A DNA stretch of 64,000 bases from Octopus sinensis. Taxonomy: Eukaryota. Every line of letters begins with the position of its first letter. Within the stretch, counting starts at the first letter, position 1. A program made the translations under genes and the position numbers. Of this stretch, positions 11,873 to 23,942 are shown in pieces. The notes below the pieces were generated by a model, which did not search any database, was not told the origin of the DNA, and saw only the letters and a list, made by a program, of their open reading frames with translations. The stretch spans positions 13,836 to 77,835 of the forward strand of contig NW_021834001.1 in assembly GCF_006345805.1 (NCBI RefSeq), written 5' to 3'.

Positions 11873-12599
11873 GTTTTTGATGATTGTGAATATTTGAGAG
11901 AGTTTGGCTATGATTTCTCACCGAGGGTTCCATCCCACCACACCCCGTTTTCCGGACCGAAAAAAAGGGTTTTGTGGCATATTAGGAGGTCACCGTAATT
12001 CATTCAACGAAAAACTAAAACATTACCAATGATTCCGGAATGAGGGCCTGGGGGGGGGTCCGGTTTCCCACCACCACCTTTTTCCTGATAAAAATAAGGG
12101 GTTTGCAGCACATTAGGAGGTCAGGGATTTTTTTTCTTAGTGAAAATCGTGCGGGTGAAGTATCAAAATTTACCATATTCAGTAGGTAGGGACGTTTAGA
12201 TTTTTCGCATTGCTCCGTTTGAATATCTATATTAACTCTCTTTGTGTATTATGTATATGTGTATGCATGTATGTATGTATCTATATATACACATATATAC
12301 AAACTCAAACATATAAACATACAACCTCAAACACATGCACAGTTCTTGCATTAGGTATTTTTCAATACATACATAATGATATCATGAAGCTTAGGAAACG
12401 TTCTAGGACCTGAGATAAATACATTGCGTCTCACCTAGAAGTCTTTATATAGTCTTTACTATACAAATATAAATAATAGAAAAAGAAAAATGGAAATAGC
12501 TATTAGAAACTTGATCATCTCAAGGAAAGAAAATGATTTCTACAGCTTTCCACGTGACAATATAAAATGACGATTGTACCATTTTATTTTTGAATGTAT

Positions 12600-13100
12600 C
12601 ACCCATTTCTTCAGTAGTGGACCAATTTTGAATGGAAGGTAATACTTTCCCATCACATATGACATTCTCACTAAAATCTTCTGTAATGCTATCGGTAAGA
12701 AGAATTATGCAGATGACCTTATCAAAGGCACATCACAATCAGAGCAGAATATATCACAACTTTAAAATACAGAGTATGGTTGAAACATTCCAATAAAAAC
12801 AGCAATCAAATATATGCGTAATAAACTAAGTGTTGTTGTTTGGGTCAAGAAGCAAAACTCAAGAATTCTTGCAGAATCCAGTAGCCCGGCAGATGTGAAT
12901 ATTCCATTAAAATTTGCGTAAAGATTACAACATCAATGGATAATCAATCAAAATTACCTGCAGCTCATACCCAAATTATAGATTTCCATTTGTTTATGTT
13001 ACTATAGATATATACGTAACAGAAGACTTGCATCAAAACTTATAAATACTGGAGTTCTACAAAGGAACAGAGCAGACTGATTCACATTCTTCAAATCTAA
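12600..13100 (+). mobile_element. Heavily decayed Ty3/Gypsy-type RT fragment
   Basis: Frame YFPITYDILTKIFCNAIGKKNYADDLIKGTSQSEQNISQL with YADD at 12706-12717, followed by SPADV and GIINQNYLQLIPKL resembling the Gypsy RT thumb; many stops. Confidence 0.45.
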
Positions 13101-13494
13101 TCGATAAGAGGTAGCGGAAATTTTATAAATTATTCAAGGGACTCTCCATTTGAAAGTCCCGGGCTGAAAACATCTAATCAAACACACATATTTTGCAAAG
13201 GAAAGAAAATTAAATAAACCCCAAAGAAAACATGTAATACATACATACATACATGATGAAACGCACGCACCCCCTTAAGTAAGATTGTTCTTTATATCAA
13301 GTTTTTGTTCTTGATATTAACTCTCACGCGCACTCTTAACCTTTCTGTCCCATCCCTTTCTCAGCCTTCATTCTTTGTTTTCCTTTTCCTCTACTTAACT
13401 TGTCTCTTCCTCTCTCTCTCCCCCTCTCGATTCTTCATGGTTTCCTCGCAGCCATTCCCCTTTTTCTCTCCCTTTCTCTTGCTCCTCCTCCCCC

Positions 13495-13560
13495 CTTCCC
13501 GTCGTTCACCCGCGACGCGACTTCCGCCTTCCCGTCGTTCACCCGCGACGTCACTTCCGC
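13495..13560. repeat. CpG-rich 33-bp tandem duplication with an ETS/CRE-like composite site
   Basis: cttcccgtcgttcacccgcgacg(cg/tc)acttccgc x2 (13495-13527, 13528-13560); minus strand GCGGAAGTGACGTCG at 13546-13560. Confidence 0.65.
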
Positions 13561-13788
13561 TGCTGTCTCTCTCGCCTGGCTTTCTCAAGGTAATGGATGA
13601 CATTCTTTTTGCTCCGCTCGTCGTCCATAAAAAATTCTGCGTTTGCAATACTGTTTTTCGTTCGGCGTCAACAGCCCTTCTTATCTTGTTTTTCCTTGTC
13701 CTGTCTTTTACTGTTTACAATTTGTACTGTCGTTACTGTCCTGTTGTAACCATTTTTTACCCCTCTGCGAAAAGATCTCAGAATTTTA

Positions 13789-14255
13789 ATTGATTGATTG
13801 ATTGATTGATTCTAGTTTCAGCTTATGAGCTGTGGCCATGCTGGGGCACCGCCATTTGGTGTTGCTACTTGGTTTCACTTCATGGAGGCTTTCTAGCAAC
13901 TGCTATTTGGTGCATGAGAGAGTTCGATGCAGCTGCCCTCATCTGCCCCTCCTGCCGTGAAGTTGGTTCATCTGGGACACCTGACAGGAAGAGATCCAGC
14001 TCCATTTTAAAGACATCTGTATCCACCACATGCAGGTCTCTCAGGTTCTTCGGGAGGATATTGAAGAGCTGTGGGCCTCGGAAGCCCAGGCTATCACAGA
14101 ATCTTGTCCTACATCTTGATGGCAAGTTTGGAGTCCTAGGCACCACGCAGTGGCGCCCAGTTCTGGCATTTGCGTAACTCTCGATGCCAAAGTTCAGGAC
14201 ACTTCCCTCCAGGATCTTCCAGATGTATATTATGGCATATCTTTCCCGCCTGATT
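13789..14255 (-). mobile_element. 3' end of a CR1/L2-group LINE (ORF2 C-terminus, 3' UTR, (AATC)n tail)
   Basis: Open frame RRERYAIIYIWKILEGSVLNFGIESY..GFRGPQLFNILPKNLR..FKMELDLFLSGVPDEP..RAAASNSLMHQ (14251 to stop at 13880), short UTR, (GATT)n at 13789-13811 on +. Confidence 0.85.
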
Positions 14256-14311
14256 TGCTTTTCGCAGGAAGGAAAGTTTTCTTGTCGAAGATACGTCTCG
14301 CTTTTATCCTT

Positions 14312-14570
14312 CGAAACGTAGAGTAGATGAAACCTTTAGCGACTGAAGAAGGGGTTTTTTCTTTGTGTTAATTGTCCTGTACTCTATTTTTTTGCTGTTT
14401 TTAAAAAAATGTCCAGTTCCTTTGGTTTGTGTCTATGTTTTCGTTTCTCATTGTGTTCGACGTCCTTTTGGTGTCCTGTACTCATATATGCGTGTATATG
14501 TACATGAAGAGGTAGGTACGTACATATATGTTTATATATATGCATATGTTTTATTTTATTTATTAATATA
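14312..14570 (+). mobile_element. Short non-autonomous repeat (working family P2, probably Penelope-derived)
   Basis: Nearly colinear reverse-strand copy at 60080-60325 (gagtagatgaa..gcgactgaagaagggg..gtcctgtactctatttt..cattgtgttcgacg..ggtaggtacgtac). Confidence 0.6.
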
Positions 14571-15426
14571 TATATATATGTTTACAGCCATACATATACA
14601 CACACGCACATACACACACACATACGTGCACGCAGACTCTTACATACATACACGGACACACGCAAAAAATGTGTACAAGCATTCAGGAGCGTTTGTACTT
14701 GGAAATGAATAATTTTCATCGAGTTTCTTCCAATGTATAAACAGTAAAGCAAATATATTACTACAAAAATAATGAAGTTTTAAATCATGGACTGTTTTCA
14801 GTCCAATTGAAAGAAATAGTGAGGAAGGATCAGAATGAAAGGAAGAGACAGTGTTTGAAAGAGGGAAAGAGAGAGAAAAAAAAGAGAGAGAGGACTATGA
14901 AAGAGAGAAAGAGAGTACTATACAATCGTTTTGTGGCAAAATAGATATATTATATTTATCCTGAACGATATTAGCTTATAAATAGAGAATCTGCTGAGTA
15001 AAATTTGAGATATCAAATGGTTACTTTAGTTGTTGTAACAGAAGGAAAAATTACTGCAGCAGAAGAATTAGCTGAAAATACATCAAAAGAAAAATAATGA
15101 CAACATTGATATATCTGTTGTCACTCGATGTGATAGAAATAGTTACCACATATCACTCAAACTACACCGTAATATCTTAAAGCATACTCGATAATGCAGC
15201 TCTGGATTTATATACCTTGTAAAAAATAGCTTTGGTGGATCAGATGTTATTTGAGGAAAACAACGACAAACAGTAATGATAGAAGGACTACACGGGTTTG
15301 GTAAAAAACATTTGACATAATAATTATCAACACAGAAATCCCTACGATTAAAGCAACGCAAACTCAAGCATATTCATTTTCATCCCCCGATGTTATTATT
15401 ATAATTATCATTCATCTTCGGAGACA

Positions 15427-15724
15427 CATGAGGCACAATGGTCCAGTGGTTAGGGCAGCGGACTCGCGGTCGGAGGACCGGGCGTTGTGTGTGTTTATTG
15501 AGCGAAAACACATAAAAGCTCCACGAGGCTCCGGCAGGGGGTTGTGGCGACCCCTTTTGTACTCTTTCGCCACAACTTTCTCTCACTCTCTCGCTTCCTG
15601 TTTCTTGAGTAACGCTGCGATGGACTGGTGTCCCGTCCACCTGGGGGAAACACATACGCCACAGAAACCGGGTAACCGGGCCCATGAGTCTGGCTAGGCT
15701 TGAAAAGGTCGACGTTTATCGTTT
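15427..15724 (+). mobile_element. SINE, C-type tRNA head + tail X, 10-bp TSD
   Basis: gaggcacaatggtccagtggttagggcagcggactcg head; ctgcgatggactgg..cagaaaccggg tail; TSD ttcggagaca at 15417-15426 and 15725-15734. Confidence 0.8.
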
Positions 15725-16560
15725 TTCGGAGACAAATAATTGTTTGTATTAAACGACTTACTTATGGTAAAAATGGGTAGAAAGGGCCAATACGAAAGTA
15801 TTGATTCGTATAAAATAATACCGTAGTTGTTAAACTTAATGAACAGAAGATGATAGAAATGCACACAGCGGTTCAAATCTTTGGTTATGAACGGGAATTC
15901 CTTATGTTATCCAAATAAGTGATTACTATGGTTTACGAAATATGTGTGTGCTCGTGTGTGCAAGTGTTTGTGTGCATATGGCTGTATGCATGTATATGTG
16001 TGTTACATGTTTTCTTTGGCATTTATTTAATCTTCTTTCCTTTGAAAAATATGTGCGGTTGAGAGCGTGTTTTTAGGCCAGGACTTTCAAATGGAGAGTT
16101 CTTGGAGTGTGTGTGTGTGTATGCGCACGCGTGTATGAATGCACATATATATATTTACATTATGAAAGTTATTGAAAATATTTCCTCGTCAAAAATGAAG
16201 TTCTTGAAGAAACTGGTGCTGTGCTACATTACGCAGGAATTTCTTTGACTTTCTCTTTATCTTTTAAGATTTTTTTAACGTCTTTCGATAACTGTTTGTT
16301 TACTATTTATATCAACTAAAGATAATTATTTTTACATTAGATTCAGAAAGAAAGTGTGGGCGAGGTTCTTAGAATGTGGTACCGCATGATTTTCTTTTTT
16401 TTTTTTTTTTTTGACAGGGTAATGATCACTTCCACAACCACTTGTGTGGCATAATTATAGGGTCTGAAGAGTGAAACAAACAATAAGTTGGGAACCGTTA
16501 ACTTGTCTAGCGAAATAGAACAGCATAAAACTGGCAAAGAATACATATATACACTTAATT

Positions 16561-16588
16561 GCATATATATATATATATATTATATATA

Positions 16589-16664
<76 letters not shown>

Positions 16665-16716
16665 CGTACATACACACACATCTGGAAGAATATGTATATT
16701 TATTTATATATATGTG

Positions 16717-16759
<43 letters not shown>

Positions 16760-17069
16760 TATATATACAAATATATATTCAAAATACATATATATGTATA
16801 TATATAGATACAAACATACCTATCTATCTGTCTGTCTATATATCTATCTATCTACCTATCTATCAACCTACCTATCTATCTACCTATCCATCAACCTACC
16901 TATCTACCTACCTACCTACCTACCTACCTACCTACCTACCTACCTACCTACCTATGTATCTACCTATCTATCTATCTGCCTATCTATCTATCAACCTATC
17001 TATCAATCAACCTATCTATCAATCAACCTATCTATCAATCAACCTATCTATCTATCTATCTACCTATCT
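16561..17069. repeat. (TA)n followed by (CTAT)n/(CTAC)n/(CAAT)n compound microsatellite
   Basis: Direct reading. Confidence 0.95.
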
Positions 17070-18127
17070 ATACTGAATAAGTTTTTTATTGTCTTTCTGA
17101 TATTTTCCAGACCAGTTTATTTCACTGTCTCTCTTTTCAGTTCTCTACACCATGTAGAAATTCACTATCATGATATAAAACTATAAAACGAAATAATATA
17201 TATCCAGAATGTGAAATTGGTAAGATCACGAAATAAGCTTTGATTTAAATAAATGTAAAATTAATTACCATATAAGGTATAAAGCAGGTCACATTCTTTT
17301 AGACCCATCAAACATCGTGTATTGATTTTTGAATTTATTACTTACGACTTAAACATGATTTTCTTCTTCGACTGTTTTGACAATACATTAAAGTGTACAG
17401 GATAAAATATTGATATTGCAAAGAAATAACTTAGTTTATGGGTCTTGATGAGAAAGAAAAATCAATATTCTGTTGCCTTTATTATATGTATATATTGACC
17501 TTATTCCAAAACAATACAGCTTTTGCTAAAGGAATTAAAGTGTTGCTGTCATTGAAAGGAAAATATTCCACTGTTAAATCAGAACACTTGCAAAAATATA
17601 CAGAATAAATAACCAATGAACGCCTATCTTATTTGACTCAAACTATAAAAGAAAAAAGAAAAGGAAACAAAGCGAGAGGGCTACATATAACGAGATTCTC
17701 AACTGACATATATGTGTGGGTTGCACTAGAAAAATAAAAGCAAAATTGGATGCGTTTCAGATATCCTAACTTGTAATTTGTAATCTGGTTTTCAGAAATA
17801 ATAACCCTAGGGAATAACAATGGTTTATAAATAGCCAAATCACCATTACAACTTGACGTATGATAATTCTGAACGATAGTAGCATACTCTAAGAGGTTTA
17901 ATGTTAATAAAAACAAAAACAAATAAGGAAAAATAAACTCTCTTTGATGTCCACGGTTGTTTACAGTATGGGTAGTGAAAATAAGACAAATTTATTATTC
18001 TGTCCTTCTTAGTAAAGCTAGTCATTATGATTTTGGACTTCAAATAATCCCAATAATGAGTTTTGTATTTGTATTTTAAATATTCTCAGAGTATTTATTT
18101 CTGGGTTAAATTGTGATTGATTGTGAT

Positions 18128-18611
18128 CTCCTTCGGTCATGAATGACCATGGAATTTGCACCTAGAAAGTTCCCCTCCGAAGTACAAGTCTGGGCAAGGT
18201 TGTTTATGGAAGACCAGCAGTCGCTCACGCATACCATCCTCACCTCTCCACGCCACCAGTGTTATCCAAGGGAAAGGCAAAGGCTGATACAGCTTGGCAC
18301 CGTTGACGTCGCAACTCATTTATTAATGTGCAAGTGTACTCTTAACGTAGTTCTCGAGGAGATTCAGCGTGACACAGAGTGTGACAAGGCTGGCCCTTTG
18401 AAATACAGGTACAGCAGAAACAAGAAGAAAGAGTGAGAGAAAGTTGTGGTGAAAGAGTACAGCGGGGTTCACCATCACACCCTGCCGGAACCTCGTGGAG
18501 CTTTAGGTGTTTTCACTCATTAAACACTCACAATGCCCGATTTGGGAATTGAAACCGCGATCCTACGACCGCAAGTCCGCTGCCCTAACCACTGGGCCAT
18601 TGCGCTTCCAC
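18128..18611 (-). mobile_element. SINE, C head + partial tail Y + tail Z
   Basis: Head revcomp ccctaaccactgggccattgcgc; shares gtacctgtatttcaaagggcc (Y) and gagttgcgacgtc..ttctaggtgca..gaccgaagg (Z) with other copies; imperfect TSD ttaaattgt(g/a)at. Confidence 0.85.
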
Positions 18612-18760
18612 GGATTAAATTGTAATGTCTTTAAAATAAGGCCCAATTTATTCTAGTTTGTTGTAAAATTTAAAAAAACCTAACTGTTTAATTGTTAGAT
18701 ATCTCTATTGAGAACCCAGTAAGGTTCGAAGATCGATTAAAGCTGTTTATCATTTTATAA

Positions 18761-18925
18761 GTGCAGGCATGGCTCTGCGGCAAAAAGTTTGCTTTCCAGC
18801 CGCATGGTTCTGGATTCAGTCCCATTTCGTGTAACCTTAGGCAAGTGTCTACTACTGTAGCATTGGGACGCCCAAAGCCTTGTGAGTGGATTTGGTAGAC
18901 AGAAACTGAAAGAATTTCGTCGTGT
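18761..18925 (+). mobile_element. SINE family B 5' half
   Basis: gtgcaggcatggct..ttcagtccc..ccttaggcaagtgt..gccttgtgagtggatttggtagacagaaactgaaaga then (TA)n. Confidence 0.7.
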
Positions 18926-19119
18926 GTATATATATATATATATATATTATATATCCACTCGGCTTAATGACAAGAAACTAGTGCATAATAAATGATATTA
19001 TGTTAAATACTTCCCAAAGGTCAGGATTTATATTAACCTAAAACTAATAATTGCAAAGAACAAATAAAACCGTTTCTTGACAGATTTTTCTCGTAGGTTT
19101 TACATTATACTTACATGTT

Positions 19120-19400
19120 TATAGTAGCCTAGTGGTTAGGCTGGTCGTCACATGACCATAGGATTTCTGGACCGGGGTGGAGTGGGAGTGGTAGTCAGAT
19201 TGTGACCTTGGACAATCTACTTCATTTCACATTGCACCAGTCTTCTCAGCTATGAAGAACACCAGCTCAGTGCCGGTGCAGCCCTCTCTGCCTCCTGATA
19301 TCACACGTTAGGTTTTCGCGCTGGGTCAATGGTGAGTTTATCAAGAGGGCGTCTCTATTCACGACTATATAGAAATCTAGAACAGTTAATGAACGCATGG
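19120..19400 (+). mobile_element. Diverged CORE-type SINE
   Basis: tagcctagtggttagg A-box-like head; tgtgaccttggacaat..catttcacattgcaccagt..ctcagct resembles the CORE box seen in D-type copies. Confidence 0.5.
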
Positions 19401-20604
19401 TACATGCTACTAAGCCAGACTAGTCCAGCAGTGATGACTGGCTGCAGTGTACTTCAGGCCTTTGTTTAAAGTAGCGATTCTTCATCGAACTATGAAAAAG
19501 AATCCGTTGAAGAAAGAAGGTGAAAGGTGAAATGCAAATTGCATTGATGTGAAAATTATTTCTGCTCAAGGAATAATATATCTCACATATGATAGGTTTC
19601 AAAATCTTACTCATATGATATTCTCTTTCACTGTGTATTTTATACCATCTCATTCCAAAATCAGAGCACACTTGTCCAAGTCCATGAGTAGTTTGTCGTC
19701 AGCACCGCGTTAATTTTGCCGGGAACATTCTCTCTCTCTTGTATATCTTAAGAATATTTGACTTTCATTTTTAAACTCTCATTTGCCTTCAGGATATTAA
19801 TCTTCCATAAATAACGCCGTGTGAATGTTCGTGGGAGGTCACTCCCAATGTCCATTGCTTCAGAAGTGAAAAACGGGTTCAGTGACACACTTCTCTCTCT
19901 CCATCCCACCACATAAAAATCCGAAGGAAAGCCCAATGTTCAATACAACATGGAACGGAAATAAAAGAAACTCGGGTAATTAGCTAAGAACATCCTCATA
20001 ACCTGTTAGTATTCACATTTTACCAACATAAGGTTGTGGAAACAGGGGATAAGAAGTAGCTATATTCGATCTTGTGGCTCAGCAAAATAATTTGCGTTCA
20101 GTTACCACCTATATGTACTAATGTGACAACTATATGCCTAAATTCAGAACACAACATAATCTCATTGGTAGACTACAAACTCTTAACCTATGTACTGCAA
20201 GGTAGTAACTTAAATAATTGTTTGGCCAGAAGTTTTAAATATAAAAGATCTATAAAGATTATTTTTCTTTTTTACATTTAAAAATATAAAACTGGTAAAA
20301 GTCCAAATCAATTTACACATATTTTTAAATGTTTGTTAGGTCAGTTCTAGTTTCTACTCAACACATACCAATTCTGCCCATTTAGTTCGGACTAAATTAT
20401 TAATAGCCATTATCATTTTTTTTTCAAGTTTGATTGAGCTCTCTTCAAGAAAATAGCTTGGAACATTGCAGCAATTTCGATAAACTTTAACGAGATTGCG
20501 GTAACGAGTTACAGAGTTTGACTAGATGATTGATTATGAGTTTAAAGTATTAATTTAGATTATTAGTTTAAAAATACATATCACAATGTATCTATTTCAA
20601 TCAG

Positions 20605-20739
20605 GCGCCATTTGGATTACTATCTGAACATAGTTCTTCTGAAGTTAAAAGAGCTCACTCATACCATTTAAATCAGAATCTATATCAGATTTTCAACGCA
20701 TTAAAAAGATCTCACTCATATTATCAACCTGACAACTAA
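20605..20739 (+). CDS. Candidate terminal coding exon, prohormone-like: APFGLLSEHSSSEVKRAHSYHLNQNLYQIFNALKRSHSYYQPDN*
   Basis: AG acceptor at 20603-20604 (tatctatttcaatcag), 44 open codons then TAA, two KR sites each followed by (A/S)HSY; no upstream exon identified. Confidence 0.3.
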   Translation, partial: APFGLLSEHSSSEVKRAHSYHLNQNLYQIFNALKRSHSYYQPDN

Positions 20740-22223
20740 TCAAACTCAATTTTACGTGGTAACCTATCAAGGAATCGACAGAACACAAATTACTGTATGG
20801 AAAATAAGACAGGCATTATATTCCCTCATACGATGATTTGTACGATGATTTGATGTGAAATTCTTTTAGATTTCTCTCCGTCTTCAAGTTTGGACAAAAC
20901 ACAGAATCGAGACACAACATCACAAGAAACCAGCTGTTATATTTTATTAGATTTTAATGACAGGTTCCTTCCTTTCCTTTTCTGGTACAAAGGATATATA
21001 GAATAATCGCAATCTAATTTATTATTCTCGCATGTCTTTTTAAGCTTATCGATTTTTATTATCAAAGTTATTTCATTATATTACTAATATTCTCTATCGC
21101 ACTGTATTTACGACTTCCAATCACCTCTTTCTGCATTCTTTTATATTTTTCTTAAAATAAATGTTGATTAGCACAGAAGAAGAAGAAAGAATTATTTTCA
21201 TAATTACACTAGAATACAACAGAAAGAAAAAAAATACTGTATTGAGCTTTTTAAAACTGACTAATGGAAATTTTGGTGATTTAATTTTTTCTGTTTTCAA
21301 GTCTCGCTCTTTTATCCTTTTTATACTCATGCGTATATTGATGTTTACTCACAAAAAATACACGCACAAACGCATGCACGCAGATACACAGAAACACACG
21401 AGCACACAAGCAAATATTCTCCCACATGCAAGCAACAGACGGAGACACGCACACATACGTATATAGACTCATATACGCATTTGCGCGCACACACAAGTGG
21501 AGAGTAAAACTTGGAGCAAAATGCATTTTGAATAATATAAGCAATCGTGCTGAATAAGTGTTTTTAAATTCATATCTATTCTTTATATTATATACTTTGT
21601 GTAAATTACAATTACACATGAGCGCACACATTCGCATCTACATATCACATGTGTGTATTTGTATGTGTGTGTGTGTATGTCTCTGTAAATAAGAATGAGT
21701 ATGTATAATAGGCCTTTCCTGTGAATCCTGAAAAGAAGCATTATTTTCTATTCAGTAGCGAATGTAAAAAAAAAGTAAAGAAACAAGTTTTATTATTCAA
21801 GTATAATCATACATATTTGCAGTATTGTCAGGTTTTGTTAACTATCCAAGTGTTATTCTACCGTCTTTGTTTAAGCTATATTCTAGAAGTACATAGCGGG
21901 AGTCGTTAAATAAAAGAAGGAGTTTCATGACACAAATACAATTCGTATTTTCGGCTATTATATTTACGTATCATTACAGTATGGGTTGCTGAGAAAGTCA
22001 AGAAATTCGCCTAATTACAATCATTCGTTACCAGGAAACTGAGACATTATATTTCAGTAAGTAGAAGTAGATTTTCATTGTGCACACATTGATCTGGCTG
22101 CTTGTAGGAAAGGTTAAATAGGAATTTGTAAATTTAGAACATTAATGACTATTGGCTGGTCAATGCCTTACAATTTAGTATCAAATTAAAAACATTTTAT
22201 ATAACGTTATATGTATATATATA

Positions 22224-22386
22224 GGCGCAGAAATGGCTGTTTGGTAAGTAGCTTGCTTACGAACCACATGGTTCCGGGTTCAGTCCCACTGCGTGGCACC
22301 TTGGGCAAGTGTCTTCTGCTATAGCCTCGGGCCTACCAAAGCCTTGTGAGTGTATTTGGTAGAGGGAAACTGAAAGAAGCCCGTCG

Positions 22387-22420
<34 letters not shown>

Positions 22421-22497
22421 CATACATACATATATATATATATACATACATATACATACATATACATCATACATACATACATATACATACGTACACA

Positions 22498-22531
<34 letters not shown>

Positions 22532-22776
22532 CATACATACATACATACATACATATGTTTTTGTGTCTGTGTTTGTTCCCCACCATCGCTTGACAATCAA
22601 TGCTGGTGTGCTTACGTCCTCGTAAGTTAGCGGCTCGGCAAAAGAGACCGATAGAATAAGTACTAGGCTTACAAAGAATAAGTCCTGGGTTCGATTTGCT
22701 CGACTAAAGGCGGTGCTCCAGCATGGCCGCAGTCAAATGACGGAAACACGTAAAAGAGCAAAAGAGAGAGTAAGAG
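22224..22776 (+). mobile_element. SINE family B, full length, expanded internal (TACA)n
   Basis: Complete head to tail; tatataacgttat at 22198-22210 and 22777-22789 is the likely TSD. Confidence 0.9.
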
Positions 22777-22825
22777 TATATAACGTTATCATGTTATATA
22801 GATAGAAAGCCATGTGGCTTATAAT

Positions 22826-23015
22826 TCTTACTTTTGGTACAAGACCAGTAGTTTTGAGAGGAGGGGTAGTCGATGACACCGACCTCATTGCTTAACTGGT
22901 ACTTAATTTATCGCCTCCGAAAGGATGAAAAGCAAAGTAGATCTCGGTGGCACTGAACTCAGAAAGTGAATAACCGGTAGAAATGCTGCTAAGCATTTTG
23001 TCCAGCGCAGTATTG
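22826..23015 (-). mobile_element. SINE family A2, diverged
   Basis: ggtacaagacc..ggggtagtcgat..aactggtacttaatttatcg..aaaggatgaaaagcaaagt. Confidence 0.7.
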
Positions 23016-23352
23016 CTTATAAGGATTAACTATTTTAAATTCTTAAACCTCTCAGAGTAAGGAAAGTGGGGAAAATTGTTGCCAAAATATATGATAGTTA
23101 TGGTATAATTATTGCAATTCATAAATGATTTATTTGATCCTAATATAAGAAATCTGTACTTGGCTTCTGTAGGTAACATCGGTGCTCAATGATAATAATG
23201 ACTTGTAGGGATGCAGTAATTCGTTATGCAATTATAATATACTATAGAGTATATTAAACGTTTTTGTAAGTCAATACCATGGTCTATAGTGTTAGCAGTG
23301 CGCTTTACATCACTTGTTAGGGTTACCTCTACCGAAAAGAATATCTGTAGAG

Positions 23353-23942
23353 AGCTGGCGAGCTGGCAGAATAGTTAGCACGCCGAGCGAAATGCTTAGC
23401 GGTATTTCGTCTGCTGTTAGGTTCTGAGTTCAAATTCCGCTGAGGTCGACTTTGCCTTTCATCCTTCCGGGGTCGATAAACTAAGCACCAGTTACGCACT
23501 GGGGTCGATGTAATCGATTTAATCCGTTTGTCTGTCCTTGTTTGTCCTCTGTGTTTATCCCCTTGTGGGTAGTAAAGAAATAGGTATTTCGTTTGCTGTT
23601 ACGTTCTGAGTTCAATTTCCGCCGAGGTCGACTTTGCCTTTCATCCTTCCAGGGTCGATAAACTAAGTACCAGTTACGCACTGGGTTCGATATAATCGAC
23701 TTAATCCCTGTGTCTGTCCTTGTTTGTCCCCTCTGTGTTTAGCCCCTTATGGGTAGTAAAGAAAAAGGTATTTCATCTGCCGTTACGTTGTGAGTTCAAA
23801 TTCCGCCGAGGTCGACTTTGCCTTTCATCCTTTCGGGGTCGATAAATTAAGTACCAGTTACGCACTGGAGTCGATATAATTGACTTAATCCCTTGTTTTC
23901 CCCTCTATGTTTAGCCCCTTGTGGGCCATAAAGAAATGAGAG
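23353..23942 (+). mobile_element. SINE family A1 head-to-tail trimer with a single TSD
   Basis: Three units (~23353, ~23581, ~23764); tatctgtagag at 23342-23352 and 23943-23953. Confidence 0.9.

Noticed and set aside
14281-14350. cgaaacgtagagtag..ctgaagaagggg as a permuted (type II) hammerhead
   Set aside because: No stem I can form between the two halves, and stem II would be mostly GU pairs.
15427-15500. tRNA-like heads (also 26450, 27180-27250, 31311, 59707) as tRNA genes
   Set aside because: A/B boxes are present, but they run into SINE bodies with tails and TSDs and have no complete acceptor stem.
17141-17219. AG..GTAAGA-bounded 79-nt segment
   Set aside because: Stops in all three frames; could be a UTR exon but unsupported.
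19430-19720. Second R4/Dong RT fragment on the minus strand (DLDKCAL)
   Set aside because: Only one short motif; the surrounding frames do not continue the pattern convincingly.
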